The notes under the pieces: model-generated
The model's database searches: none
What the model saw: the letters and a program-made list of their open reading frames with translations, nothing else
What the model was told of the DNA's origin: nothing
In this document: positions 36,375-48,882 of the stretch, piece after piece
Position numbering within the stretch: the first letter of the stretch is position 1
Layout of the letters: each line of letters starts with the position of its first letter
Source of the DNA: Amphiscolops sp. MND2022
Taxonomy: Eukaryota
Assembly (NCBI GenBank): GCA_964187785.1
Contig: OZ076412.1
Coordinates: forward strand, 37,138,001 to 37,202,000
DNA length: 64,000 bases
Direction of reading: 5' to 3'
Position numbers and translations under genes: made by a program

Positions 36375-39300
36375 ATGGAAGACGAACCAAAAAACTCCAT
36401 GGGAGAAACGAGCAGCCGCTCACTACCAAACAAAATCACCACACGATCGGTTGAACGGACGACCACCCAGAAGTTACCCATACCGATCCTGGAGAAAAAT
36501 GACCACACCAGTGCAAAGCTCTGGTGGAGAAAATTCGCCCAATACAATGAGATGACTCGAGAGTTGGACCTATCAAAGAGGACAATTTCCAAAGAAGTAT
36601 TGCGACAAAACAAGGACCAACTAGAAGAGGAAATAAAAGACGTCTTTATCTGGGCAATCGGACAGTCAGCATTAACAGAAATGACGAAGACGGTAAGAGA
36701 AAGAGAACCAACCTCTTTACCATTGTACAGTCTATACGCACTGTTTAGACTACATTTTGTCCCTGAACGGAATAAACATCATAGCAGAGCCGATTTCTTC
36801 AACCTGAAAAGAGAACCGGGAGAATCGGCAGCCGAAACTTGAAAACGAATTCTGGAAATAGAAAAAACTGCGAATTCGAAGAAATAACAGCAGCAGAATT
36901 ATTAGCCTCAAAATTCCTTTCAGTCATTGGAAAAACAACTGGAGACAACGATCTCAAAAAGAAAACCAAAAAAGGAAAAATGTCGGTAGAAGCTATAACC
37001 GACACAATCCACGAATACATGTACGAAAAAAAATGAACGAATCACGAGATTCGGAAGAAGAAACAAAAATAAAACACGTGGATAGAAAACGAAACTACCA
37101 AAACCGGAAAAAGATAAACCAAATAAATTCAGAAAAGTCGACTGTATCAGATGCGGAGCACCAAACTGGAGCAAGCTTCACGATTGTCCGGCAAAAGCAA
37201 AGAAATGCTTAAACTGTGGAAAAATCGGTCACTACGCAAAATTGTGTAGAACTAAACAAAAAATAGACCGAAGAATAAAACACATCCACCCCGAATCGGA
37301 AGCTTCAAGTGCAGAAAAAGACGAATGGTCACCAAACAGAATACATCTTATCACTAGAATGGTCCATTCAACAAAACAGAACACCAAAGACGGACAACCA
37401 TTCTTCACTACCACGGCATTGGTCAATAACCGACCAATCAAATTCATAATTGATAGTGGATCACCGGTCACACTGGTGCCAAAACACCTATTCAACCATA
37501 CAACAGCTATACACCCCCTACACACGGTACACACGGAGTATAAGGATGTCAACAACAACAAAATAAAGTTCGAAGGAAAAACAACGGCAAAAGTAGAAAT
37601 TAACAGAGAAACAAAATATTTGGAACTACTAATAACAAACAAAAAGAACAAATCCACTGCTTGGACAGGACTGGATGAATCAATTGGGAATCAAACTGGA
37701 TACAGAAAAATCTAACCTGAAGAAACAAAATATCCAAGAAAATCCGGACGTAACAGCTGAAAAGAAAGTTTACCAAACTGTTTCACGAAAATAAAACGGC
37801 AAATGGAATAGAGGTAGACATTCAGCTAAAACCGGATGCAAAAGTGATACAACAGGAAGGCCGACCGATACCGATACATTTACAACCAGCAGTCGGTAAT
37901 GAAATAGAAAAGTTGAAAAAAGGGCATATAGAAAGAACAACCAACATAGACGAAAATTGCTTTCTAAGCCCAGCAGTAATCACCGTTAAGGAAGATAAAA
38001 CGGTTAAATCCGCTTTAGACTCACGGAAATTAAACGAAATAAAAAGAACATGAAAAAAAACATGAAAAGAAAAGCACAAATGCCGAACATGGAGGAATTG
38101 ATATCCCGAATATCAAGAAAAATAGCAGACGGAGAGACCGACCTGGAGAAATCTGGAAATCGAAACTGTATCTGGATTATGCATACGGTCAAATGCAACT
38201 ATCAAAACACGCAAAAGACCTGTGCATATTCGCAATAACCGGAGGCACCTTCACCGGATACTACAGGTTCTTAAAGAGAATTTTTGGACTGGCGGACATC
38301 CCGACCATTTTTCAAGAAAAGATTGACCAAACACTGGAGAACAAACACCCGGCGTGGTTAGACGACATACTAATCGTCACAAAAGAGACAAAAGAACAAC
38401 ACAAACGTGAGTTAACCGAGGTATAACTAAACTAGAAAACGCAGGTTACAGACATAGCGAAAATAAATCAGAATTTTTCAAGTCCGAAATAGAATGTGTG
38501 GGTCACAAAATTGACCAAAACGGTATCAGACCGTTACAAGACAAATTGAGAGCAATACAAGAACTGGAAGAACCAAAAAACCAAAAGGAACTTAAATCCT
38601 TCTTAGGTGCAATTCAGTATTTGTCAAAACATATCGAAAATTTGTCAGCACAAACGGACCTATTGAGACAGTTGTTAAAAAAGAAAAATAAATGGAACTG
38701 GACAACGGAACACTCCGAAGCATTTAACCGAATAAAACGCAAAATCACGGAAATACCGTGCCTTGCACACTATAGCTCCATTCGACCGAACACCATAACA
38801 ACAGATGCCAGTACAAAATGATTAGGCGCAACTCTCTGGCAAGAACAAGACAATGGGGATTTAAAACCGACAGCATTTGTAAGCAGATGTATATCCGACA
38901 CAGAAAAAAAATACGCAGTAAACGAGTTGGAATTAATAGCGGTTGTTTGCGGTTTAGAACACTTTCGTCTGTACATCTACGGAAACCCCCGTCAAACTTT
39001 GGACGGACTACCAAGCTCTCGAACCGCTGATAAAACGCAACCGCTCCAACAAAACATACAGCGCACGCTTAACGCGCTGGTTAGATCGATTAGCAGATTT
39101 TACAAGAAACGTAAACCATATCGCCGGAAAACATCTAGCGCTTACTGATTACTTGAGTAGAAATCCAATCGCACCGGCGCAAAACGATGACGTATACGAA
39201 GAAGGATATGTCATTAACAGCATAGCACCGCACTACAGATTCGTTTCAAAATTTGGTTGCCTTAGCAACCATTCTAACCAATCACAATCAACGAACGGAA

Positions 39301-41790
39301 CAGGAAACTCGACAAAAGCAAACAAATACCGGTCATCGGACAACACGCGTGAACAAAACGCCATTCATAGCCTTACTCGCACTCCAAACAGTGACGTTAA
39401 TTTATTGACAATGGACGCCAAAATTTTTGACAGAGAGCCAAAATTATTCATCTCAAGAGACAGCCAATTTAATTGAACGATGGCGAAACATCGTAAAGTC
39501 GAGAATCTACCGACTATCAAACGGTAATTGGAAGAAATACCATGAGCCGAAATTCCTCCGCGGAGAGAGGAAAATATTCGAAGAAAAACTGGCCGAAATC
39601 ATAAAACGATTGGAAAGCCCTGCCGTAAAAATTAGAAACCGGCAAAATCAAGCCAACTACTTCCCGGACTGGCAGTTCAAAGAAACCGGAAATTTCCAAG
39701 GTGGATTTGTCCCTCAGGATAATCAAGGCACATCCCAAACACGTCCGACTACAATTTACACACCGGACGAGACACCGATGGAGGAAGGAGAGATATCCAG
39801 TGACTCGGAATTGGCACCGTCGGTACTGGAGGTACCCACAATCAATTGGGCGAACTACCTCGGAGTAAAAAGCGTCCGATACATTAAAATGGGACACGCC
39901 CGGTGGATCCAAACACCAGAACCAAATGACTGGGACCATGAAAACACCGTCAGAGAGACCGGAAAAGAATTTGCCACAGTACTCCAATTATTAATGACGG
40001 AGACAACAAACGATCCAAAACTGCTGAAAACCTTCGTTTGTCTGGAAAGAAAACAGTACGACAACATCCCAGAAGAATACAACCAGTACAAACGGAAGCT
40101 ATCCACAAGGTACGGATTAGTATTCTTCGAAGAAAAAATTGTCGTTCCCACAAATTTACGAACAACCGTCATCACACTACTACACAAGGGCCACCGTGCA
40201 ATAAACAAGATGACAATGGCGGCAAAACACTTCTGGTGGCCGAAACTATCTGAAGCAAAACAAAGAAAATGCGACAGCTGCATACCGTGCAAACTTTCCG
40301 GTAAGAATCTTAACTTAAAAAATATACCTGAAACTTCAAGTATAACTTGAAACAAACCAAATATACCTAAAACGGAACAAAATCGGTTACCACCATTAAG
40401 CGCACCAAACGAAAAAATCCAATTGGATTTCATCGGACCAATCACGGAAGAGAACCGTAGATTTTACATTTTACTCTCCATGGACCGGTTTAGCAAATGG
40501 CCGGCAGCCAGTCTATGCAAATCAACGGACGGTAAAATGGCGGCTAATTTTCTTCAACAACACATCCAACTGAACGGCATACCAAAAACGATTAGAACCA
40601 ATAAAGCATCAGCGTTTACGGGTCACCACTTTAGAGAAATCTGTAAAAAGAATTTTATCTCCCTGATATACGGGACACTGTATATACATACCCCCACCGG
40701 CTTAGTAGAACGGGGGGTCAGAACACTAAACGAAAACTTACTTACTAATATAAAAGCGGGTAAACCATTTGGAAAAGCGCTCGACTTAGCATTAGGAGTA
40801 ATGCGAACAACCCCACTCACTAGACTGAAAAAATCGGCATTGGAATTACCTTTCGGTAGAGAACCAAACACGGAGCTGAGTAAAATGCTAAAATTAAGAG
40901 AAATCAAAAAATTAACCAATAACCATTCCGTTGCAGCAAAATCAGAAACCCTACAGGTTTTTACATTCAGTGGAGAAGGCGGTAGTTCCGACCATCTACC
41001 TATGAAACAAAAGAGAAAGCCAACCAAGACGGTTAGTAAATAACCGTTTCAGTTCTTCGAACGAAAAAATACAAAATCAAAATTCGAAAGTCCTTACTAC
41101 GAGAATTACAAACAGCGGTGAAGGGAACTAACCAAACCGTAACTACAGCTGAAAATGAAACTATTCACCGTAAACTAATCAGTAAACCAATTACACCATT
41201 TGAACAGGAAACTTCCAACAGAGGAACCGGACCAAGAGGACCGGACGGAAGATTCGCCCGCAAAGAAGACAAGTCACTAGCCACTCCCGAGCCATCCCAA
41301 TCACAAGACGAGCAATTGGACACCAGCCCAGAAACACCAAACAACCGGAAATGTGGAAAATTTGGTAGGGGAAAACCCAGACTCATAAGGAACCGGAAGA
41401 AATCAGCCTCACCAGAGAAACAACCGGGAACAAACAAAAAAAACAAAGGGGCCCCTAACAATCAACGCAGAACAAATGTCGGAAGCCGACATAGAACAGG
41501 CCATTAATGACACTCAAAAGTCAGGACAAGACCTCCACATTAAAGACACAAACGGAAAGGTATCTAATACTATTGATTCAGACCTAGAATTAGCAAGTAA
41601 CCTTAGTTCCAGCACCGAAATCGATAAAGATTTAGAAACCGCACAAGAAACTAACCTACGCCGGTCAAAACGGCTAACGAAAACAAATCCAGTCATTAGA
41701 TTAAATAATCCAGTTAACCAATCTGATTACAGGAAACACCGCAAAACGCCTAAACTTGTCACCACTACTGGAGACTACAGAAGAAATGCC
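36375..41790 (+). pseudogene. Gypsy gag-pol polyprotein with frameshifts and stops
   Basis: Two CCHC-like knuckles (CIRCG..HDC and CLNCGKIGHYAKLC, about 37143-37250), protease IDSGS (about 37447), RT WLDD (about 38357), RNase H TDAS (about 38800), integrase HHCC (about 40180-40290) and core MDFIGP (40423-41043). Confidence 0.9.
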
Positions 41791-41980
41791 GGAGCAGGAA
41801 AGCGAAGACAACCAGTAATCCGCTCACAACTTCAAAAGTTCCAGTCAATGGAAAACAACAACGCCGATCACGGACACCCGGATACTACACCAAGACGTGG
41901 ACGGCATACCGACCACAGCATTAACCTGGACGGCAACGGAAGTCAATTGGATACCTCTCATCCAATCACAAAGGGGGAAA

Positions 41981-42160
41981 AGAAGAATAGTTTATTCGAG
42001 AACTGTTGATAAGCAACTGTTGCCATTTTTAGTTCGTATTTACAAACAAACATTGAGTTCTATATCTGAAACTTGATCTCATTACGATACACTTTGAGCT
42101 AGAAAAAGCATTGTTATTTTACGAACGTTTTCAATTGAGATAATCTCGTAGAATACAATA
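41981..42160 (+). repeat. 3' LTR of the Gypsy element
   Basis: Follows the PPT AAGGGGGAAA (41971-41980); direct repeat of 36151-36330. Confidence 0.93.
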
Positions 42161-42950
42161 ATGTTACTAACTAAGGTAGTGTTTTGTGATTTTGAATATT
42201 TTCGAAATATTGTCTCTTCCAAGTTAAGTTTTTCCAAGCGATCGATGACTTGTATTAAACGTTTGTTTTCAATATCGTTGACTTGTCTGACTTTTTTGAC
42301 ATTAAAAATTGGAAACTTTCTTCAGATCCAAAGCTGGATGTTTAGCCGTCGTAGGATTATTGATAGTATGATAGTACGTTTACTTGTTTGTAGAACTGCT
42401 CATTACCTTTGCTATAAACAAGTGTAATGGGAAAGTGCAGGTGCGTGTTTCCGCGCGACCACTCTCGTGCTTCAGGCGGCAAGTCGCACAGGTCAGGTGT
42501 TCATGGTTAAGTAATAGGATAGTTGCTTTTCGAGCCAGAGCTTTTGTGTTCGAACCGGTGCGAATGTGGAAACTTTGTTACAAGCTGCGCTGATTCCAAG
42601 CTGTATATATAGCTTCGAGTGAGTGATATAGGATGTGTTTCATGAGGATGCTAGCAAGGACTTTATTTATGCGGTTTGCGATGGCCATTTCCATACAACC
42701 GTCAGCGTTTTTGTAGGTGAACTTAACGACTAGGTCCAATTTGCCAAACTTATTAGACAACCCAACAACGACCACAAGCAAATCTGCTCATTGGGTGAGA
42801 GACTATCCGAGACACCACTACATTTATGATCACAGAGGGAACAGTTATTACACTCGATTGAATTTCAGCGTACACCCTCCCCAGACAATGAGCAAATGTC
42901 GATTGCTGCAACCACTTTCACAAATTTACTAGAACTTTATCAAGATTACA
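42161..42950 (-). mobile_element. Penelope-like element relic, RT part
   Basis: YKNADGCMEM....KVLASILMKH resembles the PLE YKQ.DG..MG..SPVLANIFM.H motif; LKTNV.YKSS resembles F.T.VYRKPT. Interrupted by a repeat at about 42421-42590. Confidence 0.5.
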
Positions 42951-44424
42951 ATGCTTTTATCTACCACCTTTGAAAATCGTTTTTTGAAACTTTTTCTACC
43001 ACCATCAGACCAATTTTGCCATTTGTTTTTACTCGGCGATTCCGATTCTTACAGTGGCTAGTGTTTTTCGTCAGTTCCACGCGATCCGTCACCTTTTTGG
43101 GCACTGTGCAATTTTAGCATAAGTACTTAGTACTTGTTTGTGAACGCCTCGAAGACCTCTAACATTAACTACAAAACCATTCCAACGAAGAAGGTCTACT
43201 TTCAACTTTTTTGGCAGTATTAGGCCCCCCTTTTTCTGGCTCCATAGGAGATTTTTCAAAAATTTTGCCAGAATTTCTCTGCTGAAAACTTGCAACAAAA
43301 AGGATGGTAAAAAAATTCAAAGGGTCCCTCCTTTCATATTTTTCGGCACTGTTCAAAATTCCCACTTTTTGTCTGATATTAGGTTTTCTCAATACATATC
43401 TTCCAATAATTTCTTTCAAAACTGTCTAAATATTTTCAGACCAGTACTATGCATTTGTAGAGTTTGTTTTTAACTTAGCCCCCTCAATTTCTTTTTAAAA
43501 CCGAAGGTTTTTCGCCAGCATAGAGTGACCCACCGGAGACATTTTTTTGGAAAACAATTTCCAAAAAAATGAAAATTTTCCGAATTCGTTTTTTCGTTCT
43601 AGAGATTTTTTCGTTGAGCAAGATGGGTTTTTTGCTGTTTCTAGTTGAAGAAAAGTAGTTTTCCCATCTTATGCATATCCCTTCGACAAAACTTTACTTT
43701 TCTGAAACCTGAGCGGGGCGCCGACTCGTGAAGGTTTATTCGTATGTACCTATTGCATCTGTAAAGCTCAGAACAATGTTTTACAGTCGATTTCCAATTT
43801 TTAGTTTGAACAAAGTGTAGTTATTTGAGTTTTCGCACTTTCGAGTTGTTGTTTTCGCTTCTCTTGATTTTTCACTAGCATCTTTTTTGTAGAAAAAGTT
43901 TTTCATGTTTATTGCATACATCAATCCAGGACTTGAATGCTTCGTGTGGACTGCTTTACCGCATTTGAACTTATCAATCAATAGTTGATTCATTTGAGTT
44001 TTGAGTAACATCAATTTTACGTAACATGTTTGAAGCAAAGAAGTTTCTCAAATATTGAGATTTCTCTTTTTCCTTTCCATACTTCTAATTGGATAGTTGC
44101 AAACCACACAAGTGACTGCGGAAAATATTCTTGATGAAAACAAAAGTTTTCCAGTTCAGTGAGATGTCTTCGTACAAATTTTGCAAAAATTTTTCAAGAT
44201 GCTTTCTACCTTGAAAGAATCTTGCAATATGATCAGCGTTTTGCAAAATTATAGCAAGACTTTTTCGAGACGAAAATAAACTTGTAAGAATCGTACAGGA
44301 TGATAAAAGTTTTGCAAGAGTAATTCAAGAAATTTGTCAGGTTATGTTGCGAATACTACAAGAATATCAGCAGGCTTCTTGCAAAATGTTTTTTTTTCAC
44401 TACATCACAACACATGACTTCAAT

Positions 44425-44811
44425 TTAGCTTCTTTGGGAAGTTAGCAGTGTCGTAACTAATGTGTTGCGGTCTTTCATGTACGTCGTCCATTTTATGGGT
44501 AATTCCCAATGATGACCCTTCACCGGGAGATATTTCTCTGTTTGAGTTACAAAGTTCCGAGTTTGAGTTAGTTTGTTGCCAACCTTCGATGACAGGTTTT
44601 CGATCAATATCAGTTCTTCTCGTTGCCCTAGTTCAGTACCTTTAAGTCTTTTGGACACTTTACTTTCTATTTTGTTGGTTATTTTCATCGTAACGCTGAC
44701 TACTAAATTCGGTCTCGTCTCCTCCCTCATCGGCGAGTCTCTTCTCCGTCTTCTTTTGCTAGATTTCTCCGGTCTTTTGACTACGGAAAAATGATGTGAG
44801 CGAAGTAACAA
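44425..44811 (-). mobile_element. Probable relic of a retroelement 5'/gag-like ORF
   Basis: Coiled-coil-like KIESKVSKRLKGTELGQRE..IENLSSKV. A similar charged relic lies at about 51300-51570 on the + strand. No catalytic motif is visible. Confidence 0.3.
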
Positions 44812-47627
44812 TTCAATTAATGTCTGATTTCCCTTTTTGGATATTCTGATGGGTCCTAAATTTTCACCCGAAGTCTCTTTCAGGGAAGTAATATGGTAAA
44901 ATTATAGAAAGTTAGAACAATGAAACAGGAATTAGACGAATAAAACAAATGCAAAATCAAAGATCATTGAAGATCAACTGAAATATTCTGAAACAAATCG
45001 TTGATCAAGATTATTACAAAGTACCACAGGATTACTCGAAGGCAAATTTCAATTAGGTGACTCTGAACCGACGTCAGGTATGACTACTTTTCGCTAGGCA
45101 AGTGGGATAAATCCCATGTGTGAACTCATACCTCGTTCAGCTCGGCGTTTTTCGGAAGCGAGATATTCCAATCAATTACGCTTCTCCAGGATTAAGCTTT
45201 CGGTTTCATCTCATTTTTAAGGAAAAGTTAATCAACTTCCTGCAGAAGCTCAATTCCGCGTCACTTCTTACTCTTTTCACTGCCTATTCGTGACGCCGAA
45301 ACTGAAGTTGGCAATAAAAACCCATTGACCTAGCTACTGACACGGGAATAAAATAGAATTTGTCACTGAAGAAAGCCGGGAATTTCAACAATTTCAAGAA
45401 GCGAATTGCCTTAAACAACTAGCACCTTTCTCAATTGCGAAAATGATACCTGTTATCACCAATTTGTATTTATGACTAAAATTACAGATTTAAAATTCTG
45501 GTAGCACTCCGAGTAACTAGTTGGTCTCAGAACAACTAAACAGTTGACCAGATCGTTGACTCAGGTCGTAAAAAAAGGAAAGCTTCACCTAACCGAAATA
45601 ATAGGTATTAAAGGCAACAAACATGACTAAATAATGTACTAGCAACAAATATTTTACGTGTATACTGGAAAATTTCACTCTGACTCAGTAGATTTATCAT
45701 CACTTTGTCCGATTAATTTGAGTAAGCAGTCTTGGCAGAGGACTCAGACAACTATAGTATTACGTCGCCTGGAATGTTGACTCAGATTTCAGAAATACTC
45801 AAGTTCTAAACTTCAGCAAGACGGCATCAGTACTTTTCTGCATTTCATACTTTTTTTAAAGGGGCTTCTTTTAAGCGCTGGACTAGATTAAATAGCACTA
45901 AAGATTAGTTTAAATATTATTAAATGTTTGAGCGCGCTAGATGGTTGACTGAGCGGTTGACTCAGTTCAACTCAACTGGTAGGCTGCATGGGTCTGCTAC
46001 TCAGTTGAGTGAAATGCATTTCCGCTTAAGTGTGGTTGGCTGAATTATTTAGCCACTTTTGCTTGCTTGCATTAGCTGTCGTTGTTGCGGCAGCACACCA
46101 GTCAGCGCGCTTACTGAATTAGATTCAGTCAACGCACTGGTTGTTTGACTACAAATAAATACTCCACTCGTTACTCTTAAGTATTTACATATGTATGTTC
46201 TTCAGGTACTGCGCGATAGTATTTTTATTAATCGGACCATTATGTACATATTTAAATGCTGCAATTGATATTTTGTGGGGTATTTCATTCAAGGTCTGTT
46301 GATGTGCTGTCTTCCATCATTCGTCCTTTCCGGCGCTTCCGTTAACTTTTCTTCCTCACAACGCTGACGGGGTTGTGACAATCACCAACATCCGCTGTTT
46401 GTAGAAGTGACGCGCTTCCGCTGTTATCGCTATGGACCTGCAATGCAGTAATTAGTAATTCCAAACGTGAAGTAGCAATCTCAAATTTTGAACTTCTAAT
46501 TAAATGCAGATCCATGGCTATAACCGCGGTTTGCATTCTTCTCGGTGTCAGTAAATACCGCCATTTCATTGCTGTTTTGAGTTTTCTTTCGATATTTTAC
46601 TTGATAGCAAAAATTTTTCATAGTAATGTTTTTGCTGGTACTGGTAGCCAGCTATACGGCACCATCCATTTGTGCAATGTTCTGTTTTTAAGTAATCAGG
46701 TTCTCAACATCTAATTTTCTAGGCTACAACCGCAGTAAGTACTAAAATTGAACCAATTCATCGGTTTGTCAACCCTCGTTTGACCTGTTGAGAGTGATAT
46801 CTGTGTTACGTACTTCTTTGATATCTGTGTTACGTACCATATTTTGGTTAACGCTGTAGAGCCTCGCTACCGAAGACTGTCTCTTACAAGGTTAACAAGA
46901 AGTTTAAGTCAGACGAATTGCTACATTCCACCGCGGAGTCCAATGAGTCAGCGATGTTATTTAGAATACCACAGCAGTACGATGGTAAGTATAATAGAGT
47001 GTCTAAGATGCTTGGCACTGCAGTGTAGACTCTATTATAGAATATCTTTCTTACTATTTGAAGCTATTCGTTTGTACTAATCAATCTCATGGTCTGTAAA
47101 ATTTTGTTATTACGTCGAACGTTTGAAGCTCTTCATCTGAACTATTATTGCAGTAGATTCACTCATTCTTCATTGCAGAAAAACTGGGTGCTACTTTCAT
47201 TTGATTGAAGTCTTATGAACCAAATATTCACAAGTTTCTCCTCCATGATGGAGAATTGTTCACCGTTTTTTACCCTTTGGTAAAGATTAACAATAATTAG
47301 ATAATCTCATTAATGTTATACTCAGTTACGTGGCCAAATCAAATTTGTTTGGACATAAAACTTCATCAGAAAACCTTTTCTTGCTTAACTTGGATTGTTT
47401 GTCATATGAATTACCCGATCTAACAACCAACGACATATCAACAGCCTTACTTGTGACAACTTTCGAGTGGATCATCGTTGAATTGATCTTTTCTTCAGTT
47501 TCCTACTTTTGGATATCGGGAACTTGGGAGTATTGTAGCTGATGATTCAAATGGCTCTTCCATAATTCAAACTTCAAAGATTTTTCTAAAAACTTCCGTA
47601 ACTCAATTCAACTGAAATCAGCACTCA

Positions 47628-47927
47628 ATGGCAAACAAATGTTTCCACGGTCTTATCAAGGACTGGAAAAGTGTTTTGACCAACGATGGTGATTACCTGA
47701 TCCGACAGGATCCCAAATTTGGCAACCAATACATTTTAACTGTGAAAATAGGAGAGAAGTATTTGAACATTTTGATGCTGAACCAAGAGGGAGAGGTCGT
47801 GATGGGCGAAAAACGATTTCGAAGCATTGAGGAGTTCTTACATATTCATTCAAGCAATGGAGCTAAACTCAAATTGCGTGATCAAAGTTTTGTGGAGTTA
47901 AGGAGACCAGTTACTTTAGAGTTGTAA
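47628..47927 (+). CDS. Divergent SH2 domain (SHC-like), 99-aa ORF; stand-alone gene, terminal exon or pseudo-exon
   Basis: FHG...GDYLIRQD...QYILTV...LMLNQEGEV...RFRSIEEFL..H...LRRPV aligns by eye with the SHC SH2 (WFHG..GDFLVRES..QYVLT..LLVDPEGVV..RFESVSHLI.YH..LQQPV). The betaB Arg is retained. ATTAAA lies downstream near 48086. Confidence 0.8.
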   Translation: MANKCFHGLIKDWKSVLTNDGDYLIRQDPKFGNQYILTVKIGEKYLNILMLNQEGEVVMGEKRFRSIEEFLHIHSSNGAKLKLRDQSFVELRRPVTLEL

Positions 47928-48882
47928 ATGAAACTTTCGACCAACGGACGCATCCGAAGTTTGACTTGAACTAGCAAGGAAGTATTTCGCGAACAGAATG
48001 TAACGAATAGAAACTTGAATTGGCTCTTTACTATTGTGCTTAGGTAAAAACTTTTTTGTAATATTGTATCTTATAGGGCATTGAATTAAATGAGCTCTAA
48101 TTTATAGTTTTATCTCTACGTGTTTTGTCCGCGTCGATCATCAGCAACCCTATCCAGTATTTTTAATTTTGAAAATGTAACGACAAGCTTCCGTTAGCTT
48201 GCCTTTGCGATCCTGGAGAAATCTAAAGGGGAAGGGTTTTCATGCACGCGGCCGTCTCCCGTCTACTAAAAGACACCTTTTGCCCCTAATATCCCGCTAG
48301 AGGGGGCTTCATTGCTCATGGATGTCTTCCAATTCATCCTGTAACTTGTAAAGATAATGGACGTTTTCTCTGACCAGGTTAACCGTTACACTAGTGTTAA
48401 AAACGGGGCCTAGAAAAAGGGCTTCAATTCTTTTGTGTATAGTTAGTAATACAAGTAGTAATACAAGTTACAAGAAGTAGATCACGAGCTCGACAATCAC
48501 GACCCAGCCACGCATTCCGCCAACTGGGGCTCCCTCGACGGCCCGCAAAGTGGTAACTACGCAAATTGACTCATGCTTCCAGTATTCATTACATGAGTAC
48601 CGTCTTGCGAATTGTCGCAGGCTATTTTTATCAAATTCCTGCTGACGGCGACAATGCTAACCCCCCGCCAGGTACCTGGCGAATTCAAGAAACTCATGTA
48701 CCTCAAGTCATTATGGCCCCGGTAAAACTTATTTTTAGTTTCAATTTATACTGTTCTGTTACTTAATAATTAGTTCAGTGCCTCTTCTGTCTTGCTAATG
48801 GATTGCTGTTAGATAACTTTGATAAACAAAACAACACAATTAACGTAGAAACCTAAATAGTGATACTAGTCGTATGAATAGC

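Larger units (their letters stand above)
36151..42160 (+). mobile_element. Full-length Ty3/Gypsy LTR retrotransposon with disrupted ORFs
   Basis: 180-bp LTRs at 36151-36330 and 41981-42160 (5 mismatches), TSD ATGTT (36146-36150 and 42161-42165), PBS at 36331, PPT at 41971; domain order gag-PR-RT-RH-IN. Confidence 0.95.

Noticed and set aside
47179-47615. In-frame TGA codons in SH2-upstream exon candidates as selenocysteine or readthrough
   Set aside because: I see no SECIS-like element or conservation evidence. Ordinary nonsense mutations or wrong exon picks are more parsimonious.
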